NCBI GenBank assembly: GCA_002346425.1
Contig: DDZS01000065.1
Location: 73-64,072, forward strand
DNA: 64,000 nucleotides
Direction of reading: 5' to 3'
From: Alphaproteobacteria bacterium UBA3002
Lineage (GTDB): Bacteria; Pseudomonadota; Alphaproteobacteria; Rickettsiales; UBA3002
Below are positions 38,829 to 47,333 of this stretch, piece by piece. Both the position numbers and the translations under genes were made by a program. The notes under the pieces were generated by a model, which had not been told where the DNA came from, searched no databases, and was given only the letters and a program-made list of their open reading frames with translations. Numbering within the stretch: position 1 is the first letter of the stretch; every line of letters begins with the position of its first letter.

Positions 38829-38896
38829 CCGTCACACGACTGTCATAAAGGTTTCGCAGAACTGTCACACACAAAACCGGCGGATTTCGGTACTGT
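38829..38896 (+). promoter_or_regulatory. Tandem Pho boxes P6: CCGTCACACGACTGTCAT + (4 nt) + GTTTCGCAGAACTGTCAC, 22 nt, TACTGT
   Basis: Four phased 7-mers with 11-bp periodicity; three of the four are good TGTCA-type repeats. Lies upstream of ATG 38927 (AGGAGA Shine-Dalgarno). Confidence 0.55.
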
Positions 38897-38926
38897 AGTA
38901 GAAATTGAAAACGCAGGAGACACGTG

Positions 38927-39586
38927 ATGCAATTAAATGCAGATACGAGAAAATACATTAACAGTGGCTTTGAGCTGACAACGCGCTTGAATTCCGCCGC
39001 GTATCATACCGCGCCGGAAGCACAGCATGATCGCCTATATGGCGCAAAAAATCAGATCGCAGGCACTCTTCTGACACTCATCGCGGATGGCGCTCTGACG
39101 ACTGGTAAAGATGGAGATGTAACGCTAACGCATTATAAAAGCGACGAGCACCCGAATCTGGATATTCTTAAAGTGCAAAACAATGAAACTGGCCATGCAT
39201 TTCACATCCCGACCAGCATGCTTAATGACAAGACGCGCAATAAGCTCTTAGTCAATGCAGTCGATGAAACGCGTGACCGTAAACGCAAAAGCCATCATCC
39301 AAAATTACATACTATGAATATTGATGATTTATTGCTGGCTACCGAAAATAACGAAATTTATCAAACCGGCGAAGCCTTAGCCTCGTCCGTATATGTTGAA
39401 CCTGAAAAAGCCATCGCGCATAGCTTAGATGGTTTAGGTGAAGCCTTAGACAAACAAATGGCCGCGTTGAAAGACAAATTAATGGGGCACCACAAAGTTG
39501 GCAGAGCATTTACTCCTGCCGCATCGGCAACCGGTCGCCTAGAAGCGCAACGCGATAGTCAGGTAGTGCAAGGCCCATCTCTCTAG
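38927..39586 (+). CDS. Hypothetical protein (219 aa)
   Basis: ORF with a strong Shine-Dalgarno, a Pho-box promoter and a downstream terminator. No signal peptide and no family recognised. Confidence 0.6.
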   Translation: MQLNADTRKYINSGFELTTRLNSAAYHTAPEAQHDRLYGAKNQIAGTLLTLIADGALTTGKDGDVTLTHYKSDEHPNLDILKVQNNETGHAFHIPTSMLNDKTRNKLLVNAVDETRDRKRKSHHPKLHTMNIDDLLLATENNEIYQTGEALASSVYVEPEKAIAHSLDGLGEALDKQMAALKDKLMGHHKVGRAFTPAASATGRLEAQRDSQVVQGPSL

Positions 39587-39604
39587 TATTAAAGCATATA
39601 AAAG

Positions 39605-39632
39605 AAAAAAGCAGCTTTCGGGCTGCTTTTTT
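39605..39632. terminator. Bidirectional rho-independent terminator
   Basis: AAAAAAGCAGC-TTTCGG-GCTGCTTTTTT between convergent genes. Confidence 0.7.
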
Positions 39633-40188
39633 ATGGCGTTACTGCAGCGGCTTTCTGCGCCAACCGCCCTTTGGCTTCTGCCATTGATACGACACCTTCG
39701 GGCCATACCTTATGTAATGACTCAGGATCGACCGGACACATTATCTGCGCCAGATAGGTTTGCGCTTTAGGCCGTATCATGGCCAGATCATAGGCTTCCA
39801 GATACCAAAGCTCTGGCGGTGCTTCCTGCATGATTTCATGCACGAAACAACTATCGGTATAATTATGAAAATAGTCTTTCAGAAAGCTTTGCACGCGCAG
39901 CCGATAATCAGCGCTATATATATATTTGGGTAAAACATTCGCTAAAATTGTATCGCGCTCTTGCAGCGCTTTGTTTACTGTTTCTAGTAGCTGCGTTTCA
40001 TGTAATGTCACTTCCAACCGGGTCATTGGGTCGAACGCTATTTCCCCCTGTTCCTCCGCTTCGTTGAGCAAATGGACATAGAGCAGTTTCGCCTTCAGCT
40101 TCCCCAACTGCTGACCTAATGCATAACAGGCATCATGTTCTTTTGGCTGCATGTTTTGAAATAGGTGTAAAGCTTCGGTGCGGTTCAT
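39631..40188 (-). CDS. Hypothetical protein (185 aa)
   Basis: ORF convergent with 38927..39586. No signal peptide and no family recognised. Confidence 0.55.
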   Translation of the reverse strand: MNRTEALHLFQNMQPKEHDACYALGQQLGKLKAKLLYVHLLNEAEEQGEIAFDPMTRLEVTLHETQLLETVNKALQERDTILANVLPKYIYSADYRLRVQSFLKDYFHNYTDSCFVHEIMQEAPPELWYLEAYDLAMIRPKAQTYLAQIMCPVDPESLHKVWPEGVVSMAEAKGRLAQKAAAVTP

Positions 40189-40210
40189 ACCCTCTTAGTG
40201 CCACAGCATT

Positions 40211-40228
40211 GTGACAACTTGATGAACT
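40211..40228 (-). promoter_or_regulatory. Weak Pho-box-like sequence P7: AGTTCATCAAGTTGTCAC
   Basis: The second half-site is good and the first degenerate. Only 10 nt from a poor -10 (CACTAA), leaving almost no leader. Low confidence. Confidence 0.25.
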
Positions 40229-40239
40229 TCAGAAAAAAA

Positions 40240-41346
40240 TTATGCGCTGATCCAGCCGCCACCGAGAACGCGGTCGCCTTCATAAAACACGCAGGCCTGA
40301 CCGGGGGCCACGCCACGATAAGGCGTTAGTAATTCGATGCGTGCGCCTTCCCCATCGCGATAGGCATTCGCGGCGAGCGGCTCCTGAGCGGAACGTAGTT
40401 TAACGCGAATATCGCTCATGGCCTCGGGCATGGCCGCGCCCCCTAGCCAGTTGATATCGTGAATCGCAAATTCGGCACGCGCTAATGCGTCTTTCGGTCC
40501 GACGATCACCCGCGCATTGGCGGCGTCGAGCTTTACCACGTAAAGCGGCTCTTCCGTCCCGCCGATATTCAAACCGCGACGCTGTCCAACCGTATAGCCA
40601 ATAATGCCCTGATGCTCACCCAGCTTGGTACCGTCGATATGCATTATATCCCCCGGCCGCTCAGCTTCAGGGCGAAGTTTGCGCACGATCTTTTTGTAAT
40701 CACCGTCCGGCACGAAGCAAATATCCTGACTATCGGGCTTATCGGCAATCGCCAGCCCATATTTCTGCGCCAATGCGCGGGTTTCATCTTTATGCAGCCC
40801 GCCTAGTGGGAAGCGCAGGAAATCGAGTTGCTCCTGCGTCGTGGCGAAGAGAAAATAACTCTGATCCTTTCCCGGATCGGCACCGCGATGCAATTCAGCG
40901 CGCCCTTGCGCATCGATGCGTTGCACGTAATGCCCGGTCGCCATCACATCCGCCTGCAATTCGCGCGCGGTGTCGAGCAAATCTTTAAATTTCACCGTTT
41001 GGTTACAGCGCACACACGGAATCGGGGTTTGTCCAGCCAGATAGGTATCAGCGAAATCTTCCACCACTTGCTCACGAAATTTGGATTCGTAATTCAGCAC
41101 ATAATGAGGGACCCCCAGCTTCGCTGCGACATTCTTCGCGTCATAGATGTCCTGCCCCGCGCAACACGCGCCTTTCTTGGCCAGCGTCGCGCCATGATCG
41201 TACAGCTGTAGCGTGATCCCGATCACCTCATAGCCCTCGTCATGCAACATCGCGGCGACGGTGGAGCTGTCCACCCCACCTGACATGGCAACAACGACGC
41301 GCGTATCCGCGGGCGCTTTATCTAATCCTAGGGAATTCATCGCCAA
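40240..41346 (-). CDS. mnmA: tRNA 2-thiouridine(34) synthase MnmA
   Basis: [14 protein letters not shown]-loop and C..C. catalytic cysteines. Confidence 0.95.
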   Translation of the reverse strand: MAMNSLGLDKAPADTRVVVAMSGGVDSSTVAAMLHDEGYEVIGITLQLYDHGATLAKKGACCAGQDIYDAKNVAAKLGVPHYVLNYESKFREQVVEDFADTYLAGQTPIPCVRCNQTVKFKDLLDTARELQADVMATGHYVQRIDAQGRAELHRGADPGKDQSYFLFATTQEQLDFLRFPLGGLHKDETRALAQKYGLAIADKPDSQDICFVPDGDYKKIVRKLRPEAERPGDIMHIDGTKLGEHQGIIGYTVGQRRGLNIGGTEEPLYVVKLDAANARVIVGPKDALARAEFAIHDINWLGGAAMPEAMSDIRVKLRSAQEPLAANAYRDGEGARIELLTPYRGVAPGQACVFYEGDRVLGGGWISA

Positions 41347-41376
41347 AACCTACCAAATCACTTGGTTTTTGGCAAG

Positions 41377-42171
41377 TTATGCTGCGAGGTCGATCTGCTT
41401 ATATTGATTATAGGTGATGTCGCGATTGATCGAATATAAATACGCCGCTTTCGACTGCGCATCGCGCGCTACGGAAATATCCTGCGCCGACACATCGGTG
41501 GCTGCCAGGGCGGCACGGCCCACGGCCGCGGCATCCCGCGCGGCTTCTTCTTCGCTACCTGCCGGTCCGGGGTTGATGCTGACATTGCCTCCGACGGCAT
41601 AAAGTTCCCCATCCGGGCCGACTTCATATTCATAGACCGGTGCGCTGCCTAATCCAGCGGCTGCCGCAAAATGCTGACGCTCCTGCGCACGTACCGCAAA
41701 ATCAGCCAGTTGCAGGCGGTCGCGTCGCGTGCGGGCCGCATAATCTTCGCCATTGGCATCGTAAAACTCTTCTGCACCGAAAATCGCGACTTCATCCGCC
41801 GGGCTTAACAAGGCCCGTGGCGGCGTAAAATCTCCCGGTTTCGCAGGAACCCCATAAGGGGACGGCAGAACCGATTGCGCATCTAGCGCATTTTCCGCAT
41901 CGCGCAGGCCATCCAGCCGGTTGGCATCACCGCGGGAACGCGTCGACGAGCTGATCGTGGCGCCACTGGCATAAAGCTGTCCATCCGGCCCAACATCATA
42001 ACTGTAACGAATCGTGGTATTCGCACCGGCGCCATGTTCCGCGGCTTTTGATTGCGCATCACTGCGCACACGGCTATCCGTTTGCCGCGCTGCTGCGACA
42101 TTCGGGTCTGACGCCTGCTGCATATATGCAGCGATCAGAGGATTCATATAGCTGTAATTGCCAGCTTGCAT
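41377..42171 (-). CDS. SprA-related (putative metalloprotease CJM1_0395-like) family protein with an internal duplication
   Basis: The Y.Y.VGPDG.LYA.GG.V/I motif occurs twice (YSYDVGPDGQLYASGATIS; YEYEVGPDGELYAVGGNVSI). The family's AHExAH-like segment here reads AQERQH, so the motif is degenerate. Family assigned from memory. Confidence 0.5.
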   Translation of the reverse strand: MQAGNYSYMNPLIAAYMQQASDPNVAAARQTDSRVRSDAQSKAAEHGAGANTTIRYSYDVGPDGQLYASGATISSSTRSRGDANRLDGLRDAENALDAQSVLPSPYGVPAKPGDFTPPRALLSPADEVAIFGAEEFYDANGEDYAARTRRDRLQLADFAVRAQERQHFAAAAGLGSAPVYEYEVGPDGELYAVGGNVSINPGPAGSEEEAARDAAAVGRAALAATDVSAQDISVARDAQSKAAYLYSINRDITYNQYKQIDLAA

Positions 42172-42357
42172 GGAATACGTTTCCTATTGTCGGCGCTAAC
42201 TGCGCCATGGTTTTTGCTTACCTATTTTTATACTACCAAATCTAGGATAAAATGCCAGTTATACAAATAAATATCTCATGTGAAGTTGCGCGAATACACG
42301 TCAAATTGAAGCTATTTATGACTGGCTTTCGAAAGCAAATTCTGCCCTATTAGCGCC

Positions 42358-42768
42358 ATGGGCTTTACCTTAGATTCTCGCTTAGCTGCCGACAGTTTTT
42401 ACATTACTGACCTGCCACTGTCGCAACTACGGCTACTCAATAATAAACGCTTCCCATGGTTACTATTAGTGCCGATGGTAGCCGATGCGGTGGAATGGAT
42501 TGATCTTAGCCGAGATCAGCAGCATCAATTAGCCGATGAAATAACCATCTGCTCGCATTTTTTTCAGGCGTTGGTTACACCGGATAAACTGAATATTGCC
42601 ACGCTTGGCAATCAGGTAAGCCAGCTGCATATCCATCTGATTGGCCGCTACAAAGGCGATGCGGCATGGCCCGATCCGGTCTGGGGCAAAGACTCCACGC
42701 CCTATGACGATGCGGAGCGCGATAAATTCATTTATGACATTAAAAGCGCACTCCAAAGCGTATTTTAA
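42358..42768 (+). CDS. HIT-family (histidine triad) protein
   Basis: 136 aa. Histidine-triad motif QLHIHLIG. Confidence 0.75.
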   Translation: MGFTLDSRLAADSFYITDLPLSQLRLLNNKRFPWLLLVPMVADAVEWIDLSRDQQHQLADEITICSHFFQALVTPDKLNIATLGNQVSQLHIHLIGRYKGDAAWPDPVWGKDSTPYDDAERDKFIYDIKSALQSVF

Positions 42769-42856
42769 CGCACTTAATACCCTATACCCGCATACCACAT
42801 CGTAAATTTATGTCATTTCACAACTAATGGTGTGGAACAGCAAAAAGAGGGTTCAA

Positions 42857-42928
42857 ATGAAAGCATTATTTATGTGGCTGATCGGGATACCTATTCCGCT
42901 CATCATTATTTTACTGTTAATTTTTTAA
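42857..42928 (+). CDS. Small hydrophobic peptide (23 aa, MKALFMWLIGIPIPLIIILLLIF)
   Basis: AGAGGG Shine-Dalgarno 6 nt upstream. Not in the ORF track because it is too short. First of three tightly stacked genes. Confidence 0.45.
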   Translation: MKALFMWLIGIPIPLIIILLLIF

Positions 42929-42949
42929 TATTACTCAAAAGGATTTACT

Positions 42950-43024
42950 ATGAATCAGATTATTTATCTTGTTGGACTGGTTGTAATTGTTATGGCCATT
43001 CTATCCTTCATCGGACTGGCATAA
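42950..43024 (+). CDS. Small hydrophobic peptide (24 aa, MNQIIYLVGLVVIVMAILSFIGLA)
   Basis: AAAGGA Shine-Dalgarno. Its stop lies 10 nt before the next gene's ATG, which has its own AGGGGG Shine-Dalgarno. Confidence 0.45.
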   Translation: MNQIIYLVGLVVIVMAILSFIGLA

Positions 43025-43034
43025 GGGGGCAACC

Positions 43035-43622
43035 ATGGAGGACACTATCACCACATATCATACCGGTCGCATTCAATGGGGCGCGATTACAGCGGGCACG
43101 ATCTTCGCGCTGGCTTTATCGCTTGTCCTGTTGCAATTCGGCGCCGTGATTGGTCTGTCCGCCACTGAACCTTATTCCGTTGAGCCAGAGGTCGCCACTT
43201 GGGGCGTCGTCGTCAGCGGATTGTGGATTTTGTGGGTACAGGTCATTTCATCGCTTAGCGGTGGCTATATTGCCGGACGTTTTCGTCAGGTAGCGCCATT
43301 GCATACGCCACATGAATCGGAAATGCGTGACGGTTTAGCCGGGCTGCTAAGCTGGGCCAGCGCCACCGTTCTCGTCATGATCGGTCTCGGTGTAAGCTCC
43401 GCTTTTGCGGGCATTGCCGATGCGATGATCAACGGACCTGTCAGCGATGATATTTTGACCGAAGGTGAGCGCAACACTGCGATCATTTTCGCCTTTATCA
43501 CTGGCGCAACCTCTATCGTTTCTGCCGCTGCCGCATGGTGGGCTGGAACCGTCGGTGGCGATCACCGCGATCAGGGTACCGATTTCAGCACCCATTTCAG
43601 TTTTCGTACGATTAAAAAGTAA
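43035..43622 (+). CDS. Hypothetical 4-5 TM membrane protein (195 aa)
   Basis: Start taken at ATG 43035 (MEDTITTY..) with a Shine-Dalgarno. Gly/Ala-rich TM segments. Confidence 0.55.
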   Translation: MEDTITTYHTGRIQWGAITAGTIFALALSLVLLQFGAVIGLSATEPYSVEPEVATWGVVVSGLWILWVQVISSLSGGYIAGRFRQVAPLHTPHESEMRDGLAGLLSWASATVLVMIGLGVSSAFAGIADAMINGPVSDDILTEGERNTAIIFAFITGATSIVSAAAAWWAGTVGGDHRDQGTDFSTHFSFRTIKK

Positions 43623-43645
43623 CGCTAACTGAAAGCTATAAGAAG

Positions 43646-43673
43646 GGGCGCTCTAACCAGAGCGCCCTTTTTT
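43646..43673. terminator. Bidirectional rho-independent terminator
   Basis: GGGCGCTCT-AACC-AGAGCGCCC followed by TTTTTT, between convergent genes. Confidence 0.7.
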
Positions 43674-44160
43674 ATTGCAGGCCTTTGTGAATCTGCTGAC
43701 TAATCCCCAGCAAGGCTTCGGTAAGCCCGCGGGCATTTTGCTCCGCATCATACCGCCCGGCACATTGACCCGTTTTCATAAAACAGCTTTTAATATGCTC
43801 CAGCCGCTCTTGCGGTGTGCGTTCGATATAATCAGGGTCCAGATCAGTCGGGCTTACATCTGGAAACTCGCCCACATAATTATACCCCAACTCCGTTATC
43901 TCGCGCTTGGTATTGAACGCAGCAATGACTTGGTTTAGCTCGGTTTCACTTAGACTTTGCGCTGCCTTCGTGCGCGTTCTCGGGTGATCGCCTCGGGCAA
44001 GATTGGCATAATGCTCAAGGTTATCGCGAGTCAGACCGGGATGAGCAAGGGTCAAGCCTTCCAGAAACGCTTCGATACGCTGCTCAATTGGCGTCAGCGG
44101 CCTATTTTCAAGCAACCGCGCTGCTTGTTCCGCTTGCCGTTGCGTCAACATGAAGCCCAT
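43672..44160 (-). CDS. Hypothetical protein (162 aa), paralogue of 44169..44666
   Basis: The N-terminal about 75 aa align with the upstream gene product (L-T/S-x-x-Q, P-x-P-I-E, AF, T-K/R, Q-x-L-S-E-x-E). Confidence 0.55.
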   Translation of the reverse strand: MGFMLTQRQAEQAARLLENRPLTPIEQRIEAFLEGLTLAHPGLTRDNLEHYANLARGDHPRTRTKAAQSLSETELNQVIAAFNTKREITELGYNYVGEFPDVSPTDLDPDYIERTPQERLEHIKSCFMKTGQCAGRYDAEQNARGLTEALLGISQQIHKGLQ

Positions 44161-44168
44161 TTTAGCGC

Positions 44169-44666
44169 CTATGCACGCGATTGGTGCAGGGATTGCGCCA
44201 CATTGAGCAAATCCGTATTGATCGTGCGTACATTCTGCTCAGCTTCTGCTTCTCCCACACAGATGACGGCGTCTCCACGCTCTATTGTACTTAATCCGAC
44301 AAACAGTGCTTTGAGTTTGGTCGCGGCTTCTGTTGCGCTTATTTCCGGGCCAATGGTAATGGTGTTTTTATTCTCTCCGCAATAAGCTTCCGTCAGAGTG
44401 GTTAGAAGAGTTTCATATTCCATATAAGCTTCAACGATTCGCACTTCATATTCGCTGAGATTTTGTGAAAGACGTGTTTTGCTACTATCGTGACCTAAAA
44501 AAAGCGCTGTTTCATGCTGAACGGCCATCTCTGCCAGTTTAGGGTAAGTATCCAACAAATCATTAAACGCCTTGATTAATTTTGCTTCTATTGGCACCGG
44601 CATGCGCTCTTGAAGTTTGGACTCCAAAAGTGCCTGCTGGTGCGTGCTTAGAGCAAATCCGCTCAT
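44169..44666 (-). CDS. Hypothetical protein (165 aa), paralogue of 43672..44160
   Basis: ATGA start/stop overlap with fba suggests translational coupling. No family recognised. Confidence 0.55.
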   Translation of the reverse strand: MSGFALSTHQQALLESKLQERMPVPIEAKLIKAFNDLLDTYPKLAEMAVQHETALFLGHDSSKTRLSQNLSEYEVRIVEAYMEYETLLTTLTEAYCGENKNTITIGPEISATEAATKLKALFVGLSTIERGDAVICVGEAEAEQNVRTINTDLLNVAQSLHQSRA

Positions 44667-45592
44667 TTCGCTTCTTTATAGATCTGCACGATATCTTTCA
44701 GCATATCCAAGGCTTCGGCGCGCGGGCGTTGGAACACGTTGCGACCGATGATCGACCCATCTCCGCCACCTTTGGCGATGGATTTGATCTCGTCCATCAA
44801 TTCGGAGGTCGACTTGGTGCCGCCACCGGAGAAGATTACCAGACGGCGACCAGCGAAGGTTGCCTGTTTAATATGTGCCACGCGTTCACCCAAGGTGTTC
44901 GAGGGGATTTTTTCTTTCTCATACACGACGCGCGCTTCCTTCAATTCCAGCTTATCGCTCGGCAGCTTCACCTTGATAATATGCGCGCCGAGCAGTGCCG
45001 CCATATGCGCGGCATAGGTACAGATATCGAACGCCGTTTCGCCATCTTTCGACAGGGCCCCACCGCGCGGATACGACCAGATCACCACGGCCAACCCATA
45101 GGCTTTCGCTTCTTCGGCCATTTCGCGGATATCTTCGAACATATCGAAGGCCGCATCAGAGCCGGGATAAATCGTAAAGCCGATGGCCGAACAGCCGAGC
45201 CGCAGCGCTTCCTGCACCGAGCCGGTGACCGCCTGATTATGGCCCCCAACATGCGTCGCGAGGGAGTTCGCGCTGTTTACTTTCAGAATCGTTGGGATTG
45301 CTCCGGCAAAGGTCCCTGCTCCGGCTTCCAGCATGCCAAGCGGTGCGGCATAGGCGTTTAAGCCTGCATCAATCGCCAGTTTGAAATGGTAATGGGGGTC
45401 ATAGGCGTCCGGGTTTTGGGCGAAGCTGCGCGCCGGTCCATGTTCAAATCCTTGGTCGACTGGTAAAATCACTAATTTACCCGTCCCAGCCAGTTTACCG
45501 GTCATCATCATCTGCGCCAGCTTGGCTTTCGTGCCGGGATTGTCCGACTCGTAATAGGAAAGAATCTTCTGAACTTTTTGCGTCAGTTTCAT
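44663..45592 (-). CDS. fbaB: Class I fructose-bisphosphate aldolase (FbaB/DhnA-type)
   Basis: 309 aa. ..GKLVILPVDQGFEHGP.. and ILKVNS motifs of the DeoC/FbaB aldolase family. Confidence 0.85.
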   Translation of the reverse strand: MKLTQKVQKILSYYESDNPGTKAKLAQMMMTGKLAGTGKLVILPVDQGFEHGPARSFAQNPDAYDPHYHFKLAIDAGLNAYAAPLGMLEAGAGTFAGAIPTILKVNSANSLATHVGGHNQAVTGSVQEALRLGCSAIGFTIYPGSDAAFDMFEDIREMAEEAKAYGLAVVIWSYPRGGALSKDGETAFDICTYAAHMAALLGAHIIKVKLPSDKLELKEARVVYEKEKIPSNTLGERVAHIKQATFAGRRLVIFSGGGTKSTSELMDEIKSIAKGGGDGSIIGRNVFQRPRAEALDMLKDIVQIYKEAK

Positions 45593-45675
45593 AGGCCATA
45601 ACCTCCAATGTGTTTGCGTTACACTAGGTGTAGCCCATGCAAACGCCGGGTCAATGCTAAAATCAAGAAGTGGGA

Positions 45676-46752
45676 TTAGGTCGCGAGCGCGATACCGCCT
45701 TGTGTGCGCCCCGCAGCGCCCGGTGCAGTTGCACCTTCCACATGCTGACCACCCTCGCCCAGATTCAGATTCGCATAGATTTTAGGGTCTGAGATTGGCC
45801 CTAACGATGCTTGGCTGTAAGTTTCCAGCTTTCCTTTAACATGGGCGGGAACGTTATCTAATACGACTGGCTTTTGGATGGTTGGCAGCCCTTCAAATAG
45901 TTGTTTTTGTAAGGCGTCATTTGCTTCCAGCCCCGTCAGCAATGTGCCTTGGAGTTCGGTAGGCAGCAGGTTGAATAGCGCTTTTGCGTTATCCGGCTGA
46001 TCATCCGCGAGTCCGGTCAGTAATGATTTCTGTAACGGTAAGTCTAGCTTACCATAGGCTTCCGCGCGTTTCGCCGGATCGGTAATCATTGACAATGTCA
46101 TGATTTGAACAGGCGCTTCGTTGATCGCAGCAATTAACTTACCCGCTTGCTCCCCACTCAAATGATCGTTCAACAAGGTTTTCTGATGAGTATTATCTTG
46201 TTTTTTGAATGCGGCCACTTGCTCTGCTAATGGCAAATCAACGAAAGCCGCCGGTTCCATTTTCTCTTTACCACCGAACCACTCATCTAGTTTGCCCGCT
46301 ACAAAATCATGGCCGCCGCCTTGCATGAACCAACCGACTGCTGCGGCAGTACCGGCGACTACGGCTAATAATCCGTTAAAACTAAACCAACCTGTATTTT
46401 CATCGGCAAATAAACGAATGGCTTGGCTGCCCGCGAAAAATGCGGCGAGTGCACCGCCGGTGCGCACAACATCGCTGACATTGGTTTCCCCATCATGGCC
46501 TTGGAAGGTATCGACCGCGTAACCCATCGCGCCGCGGGTTTCTTCTAATACCGCTTCTACCTTCGGTTTGACCGCAGCGGAAAGTTCGGAGGTTTTCTGA
46601 TCTAAATAAGCAGTCGCATCGGATCCATATTGTGACGCTGCTTCTTGCATTTCACGCAAACGGTGCTGAAGATCGCCTGCCAGCTCGCCAGAAGATGCGC
46701 TAATATCTTCGTATAATTCGTTGATTTTACGTTTAATTTCTTCGAGCGTCAT
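45676..46752 (-). CDS. Hypothetical protein (358 aa) with N-terminal coiled coil, central hydrophobic hairpin and C-terminal LLTGL repeats
   Basis: ORF with AGGAG Shine-Dalgarno and a Pho-box promoter. Hydrophobic segments GGALAAFFAGSQAI and GLLAVVAGTAAAVGWFM. No family recognised. Confidence 0.6.
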   Translation of the reverse strand: MTLEEIKRKINELYEDISASSGELAGDLQHRLREMQEAASQYGSDATAYLDQKTSELSAAVKPKVEAVLEETRGAMGYAVDTFQGHDGETNVSDVVRTGGALAAFFAGSQAIRLFADENTGWFSFNGLLAVVAGTAAAVGWFMQGGGHDFVAGKLDEWFGGKEKMEPAAFVDLPLAEQVAAFKKQDNTHQKTLLNDHLSGEQAGKLIAAINEAPVQIMTLSMITDPAKRAEAYGKLDLPLQKSLLTGLADDQPDNAKALFNLLPTELQGTLLTGLEANDALQKQLFEGLPTIQKPVVLDNVPAHVKGKLETYSQASLGPISDPKIYANLNLGEGGQHVEGATAPGAAGRTQGGIALAT

Positions 46753-46791
46753 AATAACCGGCTCCTAATTGCTAAAATTTTACTTATTATC

Positions 46792-46836
46792 AGTATAGCA
46801 GATAGCGTGAGGGGTTATGTGACAGTTTCATGACAT
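46792..46836 (-). promoter_or_regulatory. Pho-box promoter P4: ATGTCATGAAACTGTCAC, 18 nt, TGC-TATACT
   Basis: Consensus-like box, with a third TGTCA 7 nt further upstream. The extended -10 is identical in form to the other promoters. Confidence 0.6.
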
Positions 46837-46880
46837 TTGACAGGATCGAGTGAACGAGGCAAAGCCGTGTTTTCGAACCT

Positions 46881-46963
46881 GTCATCCTCGGACGTGATCC
46901 GAGGATCTGGTTGGCCTGGGGTATCTACCGTGAGAGATCCTCGGGTCAAAGCCCGAGGATGAC
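46881..46963. repeat. Inverted pair of REP-like elements (GTCATCCTCGGACGTGATCCGAGGATC ... GATCCTCGGGTCAAAGCCCGAGGATGAC), MITE-like
   Basis: Two hairpin units in opposite orientation 28 bp apart. Same GTCATCCT...AGGATC frame as 6982..7006. Confidence 0.65.
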
Positions 46964-46987
46964 GAATGAAAAAACGGAGGAAGGCCC

Positions 46988-47245
46988 TTAACTGGCCAAC
47001 AACCCGTCCAACTCACCCTTACGGTCCAACGCGGAGAGGTCATCGAAGCCGCCGACATGCGTGTCGCCGATGAAAATCTGCGGGACGGTGCGACGGCCAC
47101 CGGCTTTTTCGATCATTTTGGTGCGTTCGTCATCGTCGGAAACATCCACCTCTTTCCAATCGGTGCGGCCTTTGCGTTTCAGCAAATCCTTGGCGCGGTT
47201 GCAATAGGGGCAAATCGGGGTGGTATAAATTGTGATCGCGGCCAT
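46988..47245 (-). CDS. grxC: Glutaredoxin 3
   Basis: 85 aa. ITIYTTPICPYCNRAK active site, TVPQIFIG, GG.DD motifs. Confidence 0.95.
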   Translation of the reverse strand: MAAITIYTTPICPYCNRAKDLLKRKGRTDWKEVDVSDDDERTKMIEKAGGRRTVPQIFIGDTHVGGFDDLSALDRKGELDGLLAS

Positions 47246-47282
47246 GTGTTCTCCTTACGTCTGATTGGAGTAACCTATATAA

Positions 47283-47317
47283 GAAAAACGGGAAGCGATA
47301 CAATACCGCTTCCCGTT
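47283..47317 (-). terminator. Rho-independent terminator downstream of the helicase gene
   Basis: AACGGGAAGCG-loop-CGCTTCCCGTT stem followed on the minus strand by TTTTT. Confidence 0.65.
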
Positions 47318-47333
47318 TCTTACGTGTTTAAAA

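Noticed and set aside
44582-45361. 259-aa plus-strand ORF
   Set aside because: It is antisense to the well-supported class I aldolase gene, and its Arg/Phe/His-rich composition is typical of shadow ORFs in GC-rich coding DNA.
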